From positions 117,408 through 181,407 of the IMG/VR virus record IMGVR_UViG_3300033463_000013: a DNA stretch of 64,000 nucleotides. One strand, 5' to 3'. The position numbers and the translations under genes are program-made. Source of the stretch: a virus. Lineage: Duplodnaviria > Caudoviricetes. The notes beneath the pieces are model-generated. The model saw only the letters and a program-made list of their open reading frames with translations. It was not told where the DNA came from and made no database searches. Shown piece after piece: positions 21,901-32,033 of this stretch; position 1 is the first letter of the stretch; every line of letters begins with the position of its first letter.

Positions 21901-22923
21901 TTATTTATATTTTTTAATATAATTTTCAATTACTGCTCTACGTTTAGTAACTCCACTGGCGCTAAGATCATTTCCTCGACCAGAACTAAAATTCTCAATA
22001 ATATCAACAAAAATCTTTTCAATTTGATCTGGTGTCAATTCTGAATGATTATAAAAACCTTCAATAATAAATGGAAAAATAGTTTTCCAACTTTGATTTT
22101 TAATAATTCTTTCAATTCCAGGAATCTTATTAATTGTATCAATTACTTTTTCGCGTTGAGCTACTAAATAATTAATATTTTCAAATTCATGATAATATTT
22201 TTCTAGTGATTGTTGTTGTAAGTCACGATTGGTAGGTGAAGAAATTAATAGTAGCATACGAATAATTGCTCCTTCTAATTCTTCTTGCTTCACTTTTGTA
22301 AAGGATGTTTTTGAAAATTGCGGCATTTCTAGAATTAATTCTGAATAATCAGTGCGCATATAATAGTAACTAGCAAGTCCTTTTGCAAGACTAGAAAGAG
22401 CAGTACCATTATTAATTTTACGGAAAAGTAAAATTTGTTCTTGACGAGTTAAATTACTATATTTAGCTACAGTAATTTGAGTATTTAAAATCATACCCTG
22501 CGTATCAGCAGGAAATTCTGAGAAGAATACTTCATTAGGTAATTTACTTAATCCTTTTTGCGCCATTTTATATTCAAATAGAAATTGTAGTCTTTCATTT
22601 GCCATTGAACGCTTTAATGGAATTTTATCATCTAAGATATTAAATAAGCAAGTAAAACGTTGACGCCCATCACAAACTTGCCATTTTAGATCATTCTCTA
22701 CCAGTGCGTGAAATTCTGGAATGCGTACCTGAAGTAGCAGAGTGTCAAATAGTTCTTGTTCTTGTGCATTTGTCCATACATATTTACGTTGCATATCCAT
22801 ATCTAGATTGATATAACCTTTTTTCATTTGCTCCCAAACATAACGCAAATCATATGAATTTGAAGCACATTTTTGTGAAAAATCATGTTGTAGTTGTAGA
22901 TATTCATCATATAAGTTACTCAT
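21901..22923 (-). CDS. DUF262 (ParB/Srx-like, GmrS-type) domain protein
   Basis: MQRKYVW...IP...DGRQRFT...FRKINNG. Confidence 0.8.
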   Translation of the reverse strand: MSNLYDEYLQLQHDFSQKCASNSYDLRYVWEQMKKGYINLDMDMQRKYVWTNAQEQELFDTLLLQVRIPEFHALVENDLKWQVCDGRQRFTCLFNILDDKIPLKRSMANERLQFLFEYKMAQKGLSKLPNEVFFSEFPADTQGMILNTQITVAKYSNLTRQEQILLFRKINNGTALSSLAKGLASYYYMRTDYSELILEMPQFSKTSFTKVKQEELEGAIIRMLLLISSPTNRDLQQQSLEKYYHEFENINYLVAQREKVIDTINKIPGIERIIKNQSWKTIFPFIIEGFYNHSELTPDQIEKIFVDIIENFSSGRGNDLSASGVTKRRAVIENYIKKYK

Positions 22924-22933
22924 AATGTCTCCT

Positions 22934-23125
22934 TTATTTTTCTTTACTAATTAAATTTATATATGGAAAAGTATCTGTTTCTGTAAATGGAAAACAAATA
23001 TATTTCTTTAATTCAATACCAATACATTGCTCATTTGCTTCAATAAAACCCATATAATCATTAATACATATTGGTAAATCTGGATCATATTTAGATAATT
23101 CAGTTATTAAATCATTAACAGTCAT
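22934..23125 (-). CDS. Small phage hypothetical protein
   Basis: MTVNDLITELSKYDPDLPI N-terminus typical of small phage proteins. Confidence 0.6.
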   Translation of the reverse strand: MTVNDLITELSKYDPDLPICINDYMGFIEANEQCIGIELKKYICFPFTETDTFPYINLISKEK

Positions 23126-23126
23126 A

Positions 23127-23420
23127 TTATTCCTCCAGGGTAATACTCATACCTTCAAGTTTAGTTCCATCAAAATCGGAATCTAAAAGCTCTTGAATTA
23201 CATCTGCAACCTTATGGATATATAGCGGACGACTATTATCATAATTACCATACATCATATCATTCCAATCAAGAATAGTGAGGTCTGAAATTCCGTATGC
23301 ATCTGCTTTTGTATATAGCGCACGCTTATTTACAGTAAGCACTTGAGCATTAGCTTTAAATGCCTCTTGAAGAAATTCTTTTGTTTTACCTGTTCCGGCT
23401 GGACGAGCAATAATTTTCAT
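23127..23420 (-). CDS. Small P-loop-containing protein
   Basis: MKIIARPAGTGKT; RBS GAGG before ATG at 23420. Confidence 0.65.
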   Translation of the reverse strand: MKIIARPAGTGKTKEFLQEAFKANAQVLTVNKRALYTKADAYGISDLTILDWNDMMYGNYDNSRPLYIHKVADVIQELLDSDFDGTKLEGMSITLEE

Positions 23421-23561
23421 AAAAATTACCTCTTTTTCTTTTATTATATCATAAATTTTAATTTTAGTCAAATTTTTATTTGTTGGCGTTTACGCCAACC
23501 ATATCATTATTTTTTATTATTATATCATTATTTATATTATTATTATATCTATATTACTCCT

Positions 23562-23710
23562 GTAATTTTTACCGGAGCCTCCTGTAATTTTTACCGGAAG
23601 CTATGGTAATTTTTACAGTAGGATACGGTAAAAATTCCTTATGATAGCTGTAAAAATTACCGCATTCAGTACGGTAAAAATTTCCGTATTCCCAATGCGG
23701 TAAAAATTAC
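23562..23710. repeat. Array of seven GTAA(A/T)3TTAC-like boxes with ~22-bp period (iteron-like), beside an AT-rich tract
   Basis: Boxes start at 23562, 23584, 23606 (GTAATTTTTAC) and 23628, 23650, 23674, 23700 (GTAAAAATT[A/C/T]C); AT-rich 23500-23555. Confidence 0.8.
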
Positions 23711-24048
23711 AGTATTCCATCTGGAGTAAAGATATAGATATTAGTTTTACCTTCTTCTAATTTTAAGCAACCATTGTCCTCAAGTTCTTTTCGCGCTAAT
23801 CTAATACCTTTATCACTAATTCCAATTTCTTCACTAATGCGTTTTGGTGATAAATCAAATTTACCATTACCTGCCCAAGAGAACATATATTCCCAAAGTT
23901 TATAACCATTACCAGTTAGCTTCTTCATAGCTGCTTTCTTATATTTCCATAATACCCATGGCGCAAAAGCTTCACCATTATCTCCAACTTTACGAACTGT
24001 TTTATCAACATCAAGTTTAATAGTTAGTTGATTTGCATAATTAGCCAT
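23707..24048 (-). CDS. Winged-helix protein, replication-initiator-like
   Basis: KLWEYMFS...SPKRISEEIGISDKGIRLARKELEDNGCL; its stop overlaps the last repeat box. Confidence 0.6.
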   Translation of the reverse strand: MANYANQLTIKLDVDKTVRKVGDNGEAFAPWVLWKYKKAAMKKLTGNGYKLWEYMFSWAGNGKFDLSPKRISEEIGISDKGIRLARKELEDNGCLKLEEGKTNIYIFTPDGIL

Positions 24049-24229
24049 CTTGCATCACCTTCTCCATTCGCATGAGAAGAGCCATAGATGGCGTTTCTCT
24101 ACCATTTAGAACTTTGTTTAAATGTGTCCTGCTTATATTAATTAGCTCAGCGGCCTCACCTTGATGCAGGTTATTATCTTCTATGAACTTTTTAAATTTA
24201 TTTATAATTTCCTGTATCAAATAGCACAC
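24041..24229 (-). CDS. XRE-family HTH regulator
   Basis: QGEAAELINISRTHLNKVLNGRETPS. Confidence 0.8.
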   Translation of the reverse strand: MCYLIQEIINKFKKFIEDNNLHQGEAAELINISRTHLNKVLNGRETPSMALLMRMEKVMQDG

Positions 24230-24272
24230 ACCTCGCTTAAAAGATAGACTTGTCCCATTTGTGACAAGTTAA

Positions 24273-24590
24273 TTATTCATTATAGTTTGGATAATATAGA
24301 TAATGTTTTTCAATTACTTCGGTATGAACGAAAAAGCCATAACGTTCTTTAAGATAATCTACAAATTCTTCTTCACTTATATAATTAAAGAAATATCCAT
24401 GCATCTCTTTTGGTAATAGTTCTGGATGTTGCTCATCATAATAAAGTTCTATTCTATTCATTAATGTAGAAGCATCCATTTCTATATTGTCTCCATTAAG
24501 AAAGAATAATTCAAAATCAATAGTATCATAAAAGTCGTAACTAAATTCTTGCATTTTTTCAAATTCTTTAAGATTCATATCATACCTCAA
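24273..24590 (-). CDS. Hypothetical protein
   Basis: 105-aa acidic ORF. Confidence 0.6.
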   Translation of the reverse strand: MRYDMNLKEFEKMQEFSYDFYDTIDFELFFLNGDNIEMDASTLMNRIELYYDEQHPELLPKEMHGYFFNYISEEEFVDYLKERYGFFVHTEVIEKHYLYYPNYNE

Positions 24591-24925
24591 TAATCAAATT
24601 CAAAATAATAATGCCAGCCTTCTTCCTCATCATCATCAAAATGATAAAGAATCTCACAAAGCGCTGGAACAGTGTTAAAACCGCCCCAATAATCTGGAGT
24701 ATGCGCAGCAATATTTAGCATTTCTTCAATATTTTCTTTAGTTAGTCTAATATATTCACAGGAATCTTGTTCTACGTTTTTAATAAAAGATACTTGATTT
24801 ATAAGATCCCAAAACTTTCGTGCGTACCAAACTTCAGTTATTGCTCCACTTTCGTCTTCATACCAATGTGGAGTATCAAAAGCTTTCTTAGTTTTTGCTT
24901 TAAAAATATAAGCATCCATACCCAT
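24587..24925 (-). CDS. Phage hypothetical protein
   Basis: MGMDAYIF...WYARKFW pattern; downstream of consensus promoter 24957-24985. Confidence 0.65.
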   Translation of the reverse strand: MGMDAYIFKAKTKKAFDTPHWYEDESGAITEVWYARKFWDLINQVSFIKNVEQDSCEYIRLTKENIEEMLNIAAHTPDYWGGFNTVPALCEILYHFDDDEEEGWHYYFEFDY

Positions 24926-25003
24926 AGTTTACACTTCCTTTCTATTTTCTATTTATATTATAATATAAATTTTATAAAAAGTCAAATAAGAGGAGTTGAA
25001 GTT

Positions 25004-25192
25004 TCAACTCCTCATAGATACATGATATCTTTCTTTTAATAAGTCATGGATTTTCATTAATATATCACTAAGATGGTGAGCGGTTTCATTATCAGTCCTA
25101 TGAATTAATTGCCATTCATAATTTTCTTGATTAAAAATTATATCATAGATTTCTTGGGCTAAGTCTTGTTGTCCTCGCTCATAATCAGACAT
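25004..25192 (-). CDS. Hypothetical protein
   Basis: 62-aa ORF overlapping permease stop. Confidence 0.5.
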   Translation of the reverse strand: MSDYERGQQDLAQEIYDIIFNQENYEWQLIHRTDNETAHHLSDILMKIHDLLKERYHVSMRS

Positions 25193-26450
25193 TCTTTTTC
25201 TCCTTTAAGATAAGGTTAAGTACAATACCTACAATCATCGCGAGTGCAGTAGTACCAATACTTACAACTCCAAAGTTACAAACTGCGCCGGAAACACCGA
25301 GTGTTAGTACTGCCGCGATAATAGTAACATTCTTATTATTATTCAAATCAATATTACTATCCTTAATTGTACGAATACCAGATAGAGTAATGTAACCGTA
25401 GAGAATAGCTGCGCAGCCACCAAAAATGGCGCTTGGAATACTTACAAGGAAGGCTTGAAGAGGACCAATAAATGCGGCAATACCCATAATAATTGCAGCA
25501 AGTGTAATTACATATTTAGAACAAATCTTACTAAAACCAGTGGTTCCGACGCTCTCACCATAACTTGTATTAGGCATAGCGCCAATTAGAGTACCGAGAG
25601 CAGTAGCAGCGCCATCACCCATTAGAGTATATCCAAGGCCTGGCTTCTGTGTTAAGTCAGTTCCAATTACAGCACTCAATGCTTTATGGTCTGACGTATG
25701 CTCACAAATCGTAACAAGACTTAGTGGTAGGAATAGTAGAAGAATTTGCGGTAGATAGCCCCAATCCCAAGAACCAAAATGTAGGAAAGCAAAATCTGGT
25801 AGCTGGAATAGTTTCACTCCATTAAATACGCTAAAGTCAATAATTTTTACACCACATACTGTTAGCAATGCTGCGAATGCATACACAATTAGAATTGCTA
25901 CAAGGAAAGGTAGATTCTTAATAAAGCCTTTTCCATAATGCGAAATAAGAGCAGTAATAATAAGTGTTAGCATACCTAATCCAAATCCAATCAGACTATA
26001 CTGTCCGTTAATCTGGAAGTATGTAGGAATAAAGGTTGCTAGATTAAGACCAATAACAGCAACGATTGGCCCAATTACAACTGGCGGTAAAACCTTATTA
26101 ATCCAAGCAGTACCAAAATGATTGATTGCTAAGCCAACAATAAAATATACAAGACATACAATCAAACCACCGATAAATACTGCCAAATAGTTCGGTGCAG
26201 CTCCAAGTGCTAATGCTCCAAGTACGGCCGCGACAAATGCTCCAGAAGAACTAATGAACATTGGTGATTGGCCTTTGGTGAATAGCTGATAGAGCAATGT
26301 GCCTAAGGCAGCTCCAAGCATAGCGGGCGCGATTGGCACACCACAAATTTGTGGAATTAGTACGGTAGCAACGAAACAGGCAATAACCTGTTGAAGTGCG
26401 GCTACGCATAGCCGCTTAAAAGGGAGTTTGTCGTTAATATTATAAAGCAT
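25185..26450 (-). CDS. Uracil/xanthine permease (NCS2, UraA/PyrP family)
   Basis: SSSGAF, PPVVIGP, PNTSYGE NAT signature; many TM helices. Confidence 0.9.
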   Translation of the reverse strand: MLYNINDKLPFKRLCVAALQQVIACFVATVLIPQICGVPIAPAMLGAALGTLLYQLFTKGQSPMFISSSGAFVAAVLGALALGAAPNYLAVFIGGLIVCLVYFIVGLAINHFGTAWINKVLPPVVIGPIVAVIGLNLATFIPTYFQINGQYSLIGFGLGMLTLIITALISHYGKGFIKNLPFLVAILIVYAFAALLTVCGVKIIDFSVFNGVKLFQLPDFAFLHFGSWDWGYLPQILLLFLPLSLVTICEHTSDHKALSAVIGTDLTQKPGLGYTLMGDGAATALGTLIGAMPNTSYGESVGTTGFSKICSKYVITLAAIIMGIAAFIGPLQAFLVSIPSAIFGGCAAILYGYITLSGIRTIKDSNIDLNNNKNVTIIAAVLTLGVSGAVCNFGVVSIGTTALAMIVGIVLNLILKEKKNV

Positions 26451-26451
26451 A

Positions 26452-26970
26452 TTATTTTGTCTCCTTTAAATTATTAATTTGGGATTGTAATTCTTGCATT
26501 TTATTATTGATTGCATTTGTAACACATGATGGAATATTTTCCCAAGTTTTAGTAATAGAATTCCAGTAATCACTACCACCAGTATTTAATCCAGAATTAC
26601 CTGTATAAATATCATTATCGACTTTAACATTATAGGCAGTTATATTATCTGATTTACAAGTATTACTATCAGATGTGCATACCGAACTTGGCGCTTTCCA
26701 TATAGGACCACTTTCTGGATGAATTCTAAAAGTGTCTGGACTACAGGTTACTTCTTTCCACCACTCTGGTTTATATGTCCAATCTGAAGTGATTGTCCAA
26801 TTATTTCCATTACAATCGCATTGTCTTACCCAAGGCGCATTAATACGCTTACAACGTGGACATTCCCATCCTTTTTCTGAGTTATAATCTGGATAATATT
26901 TCCATGTATAGTTAGTACTAGTTGAAGTTCCAGTAGTTGAATCTCCAACCTAAACTTTATCTGTTGTCAT
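26452..26970 (-). CDS. 172-aa hypothetical protein (TAG at codon 7), missing from ORF track
   Basis: GGAGG RBS, MTTDKV*VGDST...GWECPRCKRINAPWVRQCDC...; fills the gap and ends TAA next to permease start. Confidence 0.7.
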
Positions 26971-27015
26971 ATTATTCCTCCTTGCTTTACTAAAGTCATA
27001 TTCATTTAACATAAA

Positions 27016-27561
27016 TTATACCCAATCAGATCTGAAATCTTCTTCTGATTTAAATTCATTTTCATGTTCTTTAATAAAAGCAATAGCGTCTTCAATATTA
27101 CTTACAAGAATTCCGCCTTGCTTAATTAAACCGGTGACATATAGATTCTGATAACTATATTGTTGTTCTCCCAAAGATGCGGCCCCACCACGGTCTTTAG
27201 CTTCACTATGTGTCAAGAACATTTGTCTATTATCAGTACAAATACCTACAATATACTTATGGTCACCACGCTCGATTTTCTCATGGAATTTACCAATTTC
27301 AGCACAGGTTCCACTGGGAAGAACATCTCCATCAATACAAGCTACTAGAATATCAGTATTATTCAATCTAATATTATCACCATTTGCAATTTCTTGAGAA
27401 CCTGCAAATTTTTTCTTACCTTCAACACCATTAATATCTGTGTTTTCAACAGGAGAATATAAATCTACTCCTGGTACTGCAGCACGGATTTTAGCTGCCC
27501 ATTCGGTATTGCGAAGTAGATCGCCATAAGTAAAAATTGGACCAGCAAGATAAATTTTCAT
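27016..27561 (-). CDS. Nucleoside 2-deoxyribosyltransferase family protein
   Basis: KIYLAGP, YSP, D...SGTCAEIG, NLYV. Confidence 0.85.
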   Translation of the reverse strand: MKIYLAGPIFTYGDLLRNTEWAAKIRAAVPGVDLYSPVENTDINGVEGKKKFAGSQEIANGDNIRLNNTDILVACIDGDVLPSGTCAEIGKFHEKIERGDHKYIVGICTDNRQMFLTHSEAKDRGGAASLGEQQYSYQNLYVTGLIKQGGILVSNIEDAIAFIKEHENEFKSEEDFRSDWV

Positions 27562-27574
27562 ATAATTCCTCCAA

Positions 27575-28450
27575 TTAATAATTAGTTACTAATACTTCAA
27601 TAGTTGGTTCAGTTGTTTTTGTTTTATTATATACTGCTTTAGAATAATCAGAAAATATATCATGTACATTATATTTTTCTGACCATTCAATTAAAGCTAC
27701 ATTTTCTTTTCCTTTATGGGCTACTATATTAGATACGGCCCATTTAAGTCCTTGCTCATTTGCTTTATCTAGGAAAGCATATAAATCTATATCATCTTGT
27801 ATATCCCATTTACTATTAATTGCTCGAGGCCCTGTATTATATTGAGCATCAGAAATTAAATATGGTGGGTCTACATATAAAAAATCATTAGAATCAGTAA
27901 ATTTACTTATATCAAAATTTCTAAAGTCTATAGAAGAAAATTGAATGCCTTGAATAGCTGCGTGCATCGCTCTTGTATTTGCGCGCTAAGTTAAATTAAA
28001 ATCTGAATGATTTTGACCAAAACTACTATTATATTCATGATTTATATTAAAACTTATTTTATTATTAAATGAAAATCTAGATAATACAAATAAATCTAAT
28101 GGGGTATGATATTCTGGATTCGTATTATATAAATCTCTATATTTTAAAAATCCTTCAGCATTAAATCTTGTCAGCTGAAACTCTTTAATACGAGCATTTA
28201 TAAACTCCATGATTTCATCAATAGTTTTATTCTAAAATGCTTTATAGATATCAATAATATTAGTATTAATATCATTGGCATATTTATAAGTTGCTATAGT
28301 ATTAATAGATACATCAGTACCACCACAAAATAAATCAATGAAATTATTTATATTAGTGGGAAATAAAGGATATAACTATTTTAGTAGTTTATATTTATTT
28401 CCTACATAATTCATTGGACTTTTTATAAAAGCAATCTTATTCTTCGTCAT
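27575..28450 (-). CDS. dam: Dam-family (D12) DNA adenine methyltransferase, 291 aa, three in-frame TAG
   Basis: MTKNKIAFIKSPMNYVGNKYKLLK*LYPLFP...FIDLFCGG...YVDPPY; TAGs at 28376, 28232, 27986 all in frame. Confidence 0.85.
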
Positions 28451-28715
28451 TCTCATCATCATCCGATAGTAAGAATTCAAGAGCATCTGCAAATGTATTA
28501 CCACGGCTCTTAGTATCTTGTACAGGCTTTGGACGGAAATAGTTATTATATACATAACTTTTTACCATTGCAAACATACTGGAAGAACTATCGCGTGGAT
28601 GTGATTCTACATATTCTCTAAGTTTCTTTTTATCTTCTTTAGACATTTTTGCGATGAAGTCTTCGACAACTTCACGAGTTAAATCATTAAATTTAAGTGG
28701 CTGTTGATTTTCCAT
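28437..28715 (-). CDS. Hypothetical protein
   Basis: ORF after consensus promoter 28741-28769 and GGAG RBS. Confidence 0.6.
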   Translation of the reverse strand: MENQQPLKFNDLTREVVEDFIAKMSKEDKKKLREYVESHPRDSSSSMFAMVKSYVYNNYFRPKPVQDTKSRGNTFADALEFLLSDDDENDEE

Positions 28716-28799
28716 AGAATATATCTCCTTTTTTTCTTTTATTATATCATAAAATTTTAAAAAAGTCAAATAAAAAAGAGGGCGCCGAAGCGCCCGTAA

Positions 28800-28994
28800 T
28801 TATGGTTTACCATCTGGAAATACTGGATGTGGCTTATGTGGATTGCCATGACCAGGATCATGATCACAACCACCACCATGTCCAACGCCAATACCCATAT
28901 CACCATGAGTTTCAACTACATTTGAAGCAGTAATACTATCTGTATAATCAAAAATTAATTTTTCTGCTTGTGGCGTATTATATATTTTTTTCAT
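28800..28994 (-). CDS. 64-aa peptide with RiPP-leader-like N-terminus and His/Gly/Pro-rich core
   Basis: MKKIYNTPQAEKLIFDYTDSITAS + GHGGGCDHDPGHGNPHKPH; AGGAG RBS; terminator GGGCG/CGCCC at 28779-28795. Confidence 0.65.
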   Translation of the reverse strand: MKKIYNTPQAEKLIFDYTDSITASNVVETHGDMGIGVGHGGGCDHDPGHGNPHKPHPVFPDGKP

Positions 28995-29006
28995 ATTAAT
29001 CTCTCC

Positions 29007-30260
29007 TTAAATTGGTGGCCTTATTTTATCACAAAGTGCAGCAACTGGGCCACGCTCAGATTTTAATAACTTAACCGCACCAAATAATGGGTCTCCAGCT
29101 AGACGGTCTAACATTGCTCTTATACCATTATTTTTTTCAAATTTTCTATGGTCAATTTGGGCAACATCACCGCAGAAGATAATTTCACTATCCTTTTCAA
29201 TACGGCTCATTAAGAACGTGACTAACTTATCATTCATATTTTCACATTCATCACATAATACTATAGAATTAACAATTGAGCGCCCACGCATATGTGATAA
29301 TGGATAAATTTCTATTATTCCATCATCAATTAATTGGTCCAGCATTTCTTGTCCACCTAAGTGGTCAGCTAACGGCGCGCCCCAAATTGACATTTTATCA
29401 CGCATATCTCCAGGTAAAAAGCCAATGTCATTTGTATCAGCAACAACTATATTATTACGGACAAATACTAATTTAGAATAGGCACCTTTATGTACTTGTT
29501 CTAGAGCGTAGGATAATGCAATTAAAGTTTTTCCGCTGCCCCAAGCACTTGTTAATAGTTTTACTTTAATATCCTAATTCTAAAGTAAATGAAAAGCCAT
29601 TTTCTATTCTAGATTTCTTGGTCTAATAGTTTCTTGAATATATGGATTTTTTATTTCTTTATATTTTAAAGGTCCATACTAATGTCCGTCCCAAAATAAT
29701 ACATCTTTTAGTTCGGTTTTATCGAATATTTCAGCAAATTCATTTGTTTTACAACCTAAACAATTGATTTTAGGATCGGCATACAGTAATGTCATTTCTT
29801 TTTCATTAGGATAATATTTACCCCAGCCTGCCCATTCTTCTTCTTTACGAAAAGCTAGTTCTTCACCCATAGGATACACAGGGTCTACATGAGGTAATTG
29901 TTGTGCAAATAAATATTGTAAAGCATCGCTAGTTAAAAATATAACATCTTTACTCTATTCAATTGCCATAGCTTCTGCCGCAAGTAATATTCTATGATCA
30001 TTAATATTACTTAAAAAACGATATTTTTTTAATAGTTTATCAATAACTTTATTATCTGGCATAATTACGTGTAGCTTATGGCAATTCATGATTGCACGAA
30101 CGGCTTCACGAGCCATATATTTTATGCTTTTATCCTCTTCATGTTCTTTAATATATTCTAATTCTGAAACTGTTAATGGACTAATTGCGATATCTACTTC
30201 TGAATTTATTAATCCACTCTAGTGTAAAAGAGCAGATGTGTCTGCAAAATGTGTAATCAT
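29007..30260 (-). CDS. phoH: PIN-PhoH family ATPase, 417 aa, six in-frame TAG
   Basis: PIN-like N-terminus (DTSALL, NDHRIL, TSD), PRNLE*KMAFHLL*N*D, Walker A AWGSGKT, GFLPGD, MRGRS, DECEN, GDVAQID. Confidence 0.9.
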
Positions 30261-30874
30261 TATTCATCAACTCCGATGATTTTGTCAATCAGGTTCTTTT
30301 CCTTCATTTTATCTGCGAATAAGAACCACTGATGCCTGGCGTGCTTATCATATTCTTCAGCTGTCAAATCGGTATTATCTAAAAAGAATTGACGAATTTT
30401 TTCATCAATTTCATTATTAAATGCCATAATATCAGCTGCAGTTTTCGATTCTGCTGCGGCAAGAGCGACATAACCATCATGAATTAGAACATACGAACAA
30501 GGATAACAAGAACGAATTATATTTTCATTTTTTCCACCAGCAGCTAATAATACAGTTGCCATGGAACAAGCATATCCTAATACTTGAATATTTAATGGCT
30601 TAGAATATTGTGCTAAATAATATGCTAAAAAGAATCCATCAGAAACTGAACCGCCGCTACTATTAAGAATTAATGTAACTGGCTCATTAGAATCATCTTG
30701 TTCAAATGCGCGAAGTGGCAAATAAACATATTCTACAATATGTTCTGATATATCATCATTTAATATAATTGTCCTATGGTTTAATAACTGGTCATAATAC
30801 TAATACATTACAGGACTAAGTTCTGTAGCATTAAGTTTTTCCCAAATACCGGAAAGTAGGTCTTCTAAATCCAT
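30260..30874 (-). CDS. ClpP-like protease subunit (one in-frame TAG)
   Basis: RBS GGAGG; MDLEDL...VMY*YYDQLLNHRTIIL...LNSSGGSV...ACSMA...LIHDG. Confidence 0.8.
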
Positions 30875-30900
30875 AAGAACCTCCTTCAGCGCGAATGCGC

Positions 30901-32031
30901 TTAATTGAATATTTTCGCTAAAGTACAATCTTTTGGATCAATATCATCTTTTCTAATTCGCTTTAAAAGCGGATGGCGAATTGAAATTCCTTCACCATTA
31001 GAGTCTGCTTTAGCTTCACTTACCATCATTCCACTAATAGAAACGGGAACTCCGATCCAATCTTCTAGATGAAGCTTTAAATCATTTCTAAAACTATCTG
31101 TTAAACCACTAACTTTACATAGCGGAATGAGTTGGCCTTCTTTATTATAAACGCCGACTTGAATCGCAGCGGGCCATCCATTATAGTAATTTTTGGTTAC
31201 AGGAAGATAGGCTTTACCTTGTTGATAATCACCAAAATATTCGCCTTCTACTAATTCACCAGTTCTTTGATTCTCCCATAGAGTCCAAGAACTCATGTCT
31301 TTACCAGTATAAATTTTTTCTCCTGCAACGGTCCCCATAATAACACAATCAATTTCAGATGAAATTTCTTGTTTTACTTTGACAGTATCCCAGGCATGAG
31401 GACCACGTTTCCCTGGCTCATAATGAGAATCCTTTCGGTAGCAGACAGTACCTTCACCGCCTGCTGCGAAGATTTCACCCATTTTGTCAAAGAATTTATT
31501 ATCCATCTCATAGTAATTCACTCCTTCAACTAGTATAGAATTAATACGCTTGACTACTTGAGGAATGAGTTGAATACGTTTTTCAAAATCCGTATTCATG
31601 TAATCTTTTCCATCCAACGCGAGCACATCAAATATGCGCCACCTTAGAGGATTGTCTTTTTGACGCGCTTGCGCCTTAGGAGTCAAACAACGTAATATAG
31701 AACCAACATCTTTATCAATTGCGCCAGGAAGATATATTTCTCCTAGTATTACTGTGGTTCCATTAGTAAAAGCATTACAAACATCTTGCCAAAAGAAAAC
31801 CTTGTCTTGAATCTCGCCATATGTTTTAGTTACTGTAGAGATTCCACGAGTTTGTAACGCTTGCCTTTCAGCAGTAATTACCGCGCGAGACCAATTACCA
31901 TCTGTCTTTAATCCAAATAGATAATTACCGCTATCAATTAATTGTTCAAGTTTTAATTTCTTAGCTTCTGGGGTCATAGTAGAACTACAAGCCCAATATT
32001 TCATAGGTTCACTAGTAAAATAATCTATCAT
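30901..32031 (-). CDS. ATP-dependent DNA ligase
   Basis: KTDG, LGEIY, FDVL, EG, KVK, RHP..KRIRKD. Confidence 0.85.
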   Translation of the reverse strand: MIDYFTSEPMKYWACSSTMTPEAKKLKLEQLIDSGNYLFGLKTDGNWSRAVITAERQALQTRGISTVTKTYGEIQDKVFFWQDVCNAFTNGTTVILGEIYLPGAIDKDVGSILRCLTPKAQARQKDNPLRWRIFDVLALDGKDYMNTDFEKRIQLIPQVVKRINSILVEGVNYYEMDNKFFDKMGEIFAAGGEGTVCYRKDSHYEPGKRGPHAWDTVKVKQEISSEIDCVIMGTVAGEKIYTGKDMSSWTLWENQRTGELVEGEYFGDYQQGKAYLPVTKNYYNGWPAAIQVGVYNKEGQLIPLCKVSGLTDSFRNDLKLHLEDWIGVPVSISGMMVSEAKADSNGEGISIRHPLLKRIRKDDIDPKDCTLAKIFN

Positions 32032-32033
32032 AG

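Noticed and set aside
23562-23710. CRISPR array
   Set aside because: Repeats are 11 bp with ~11-bp spacers and switch orientation; no cas genes.
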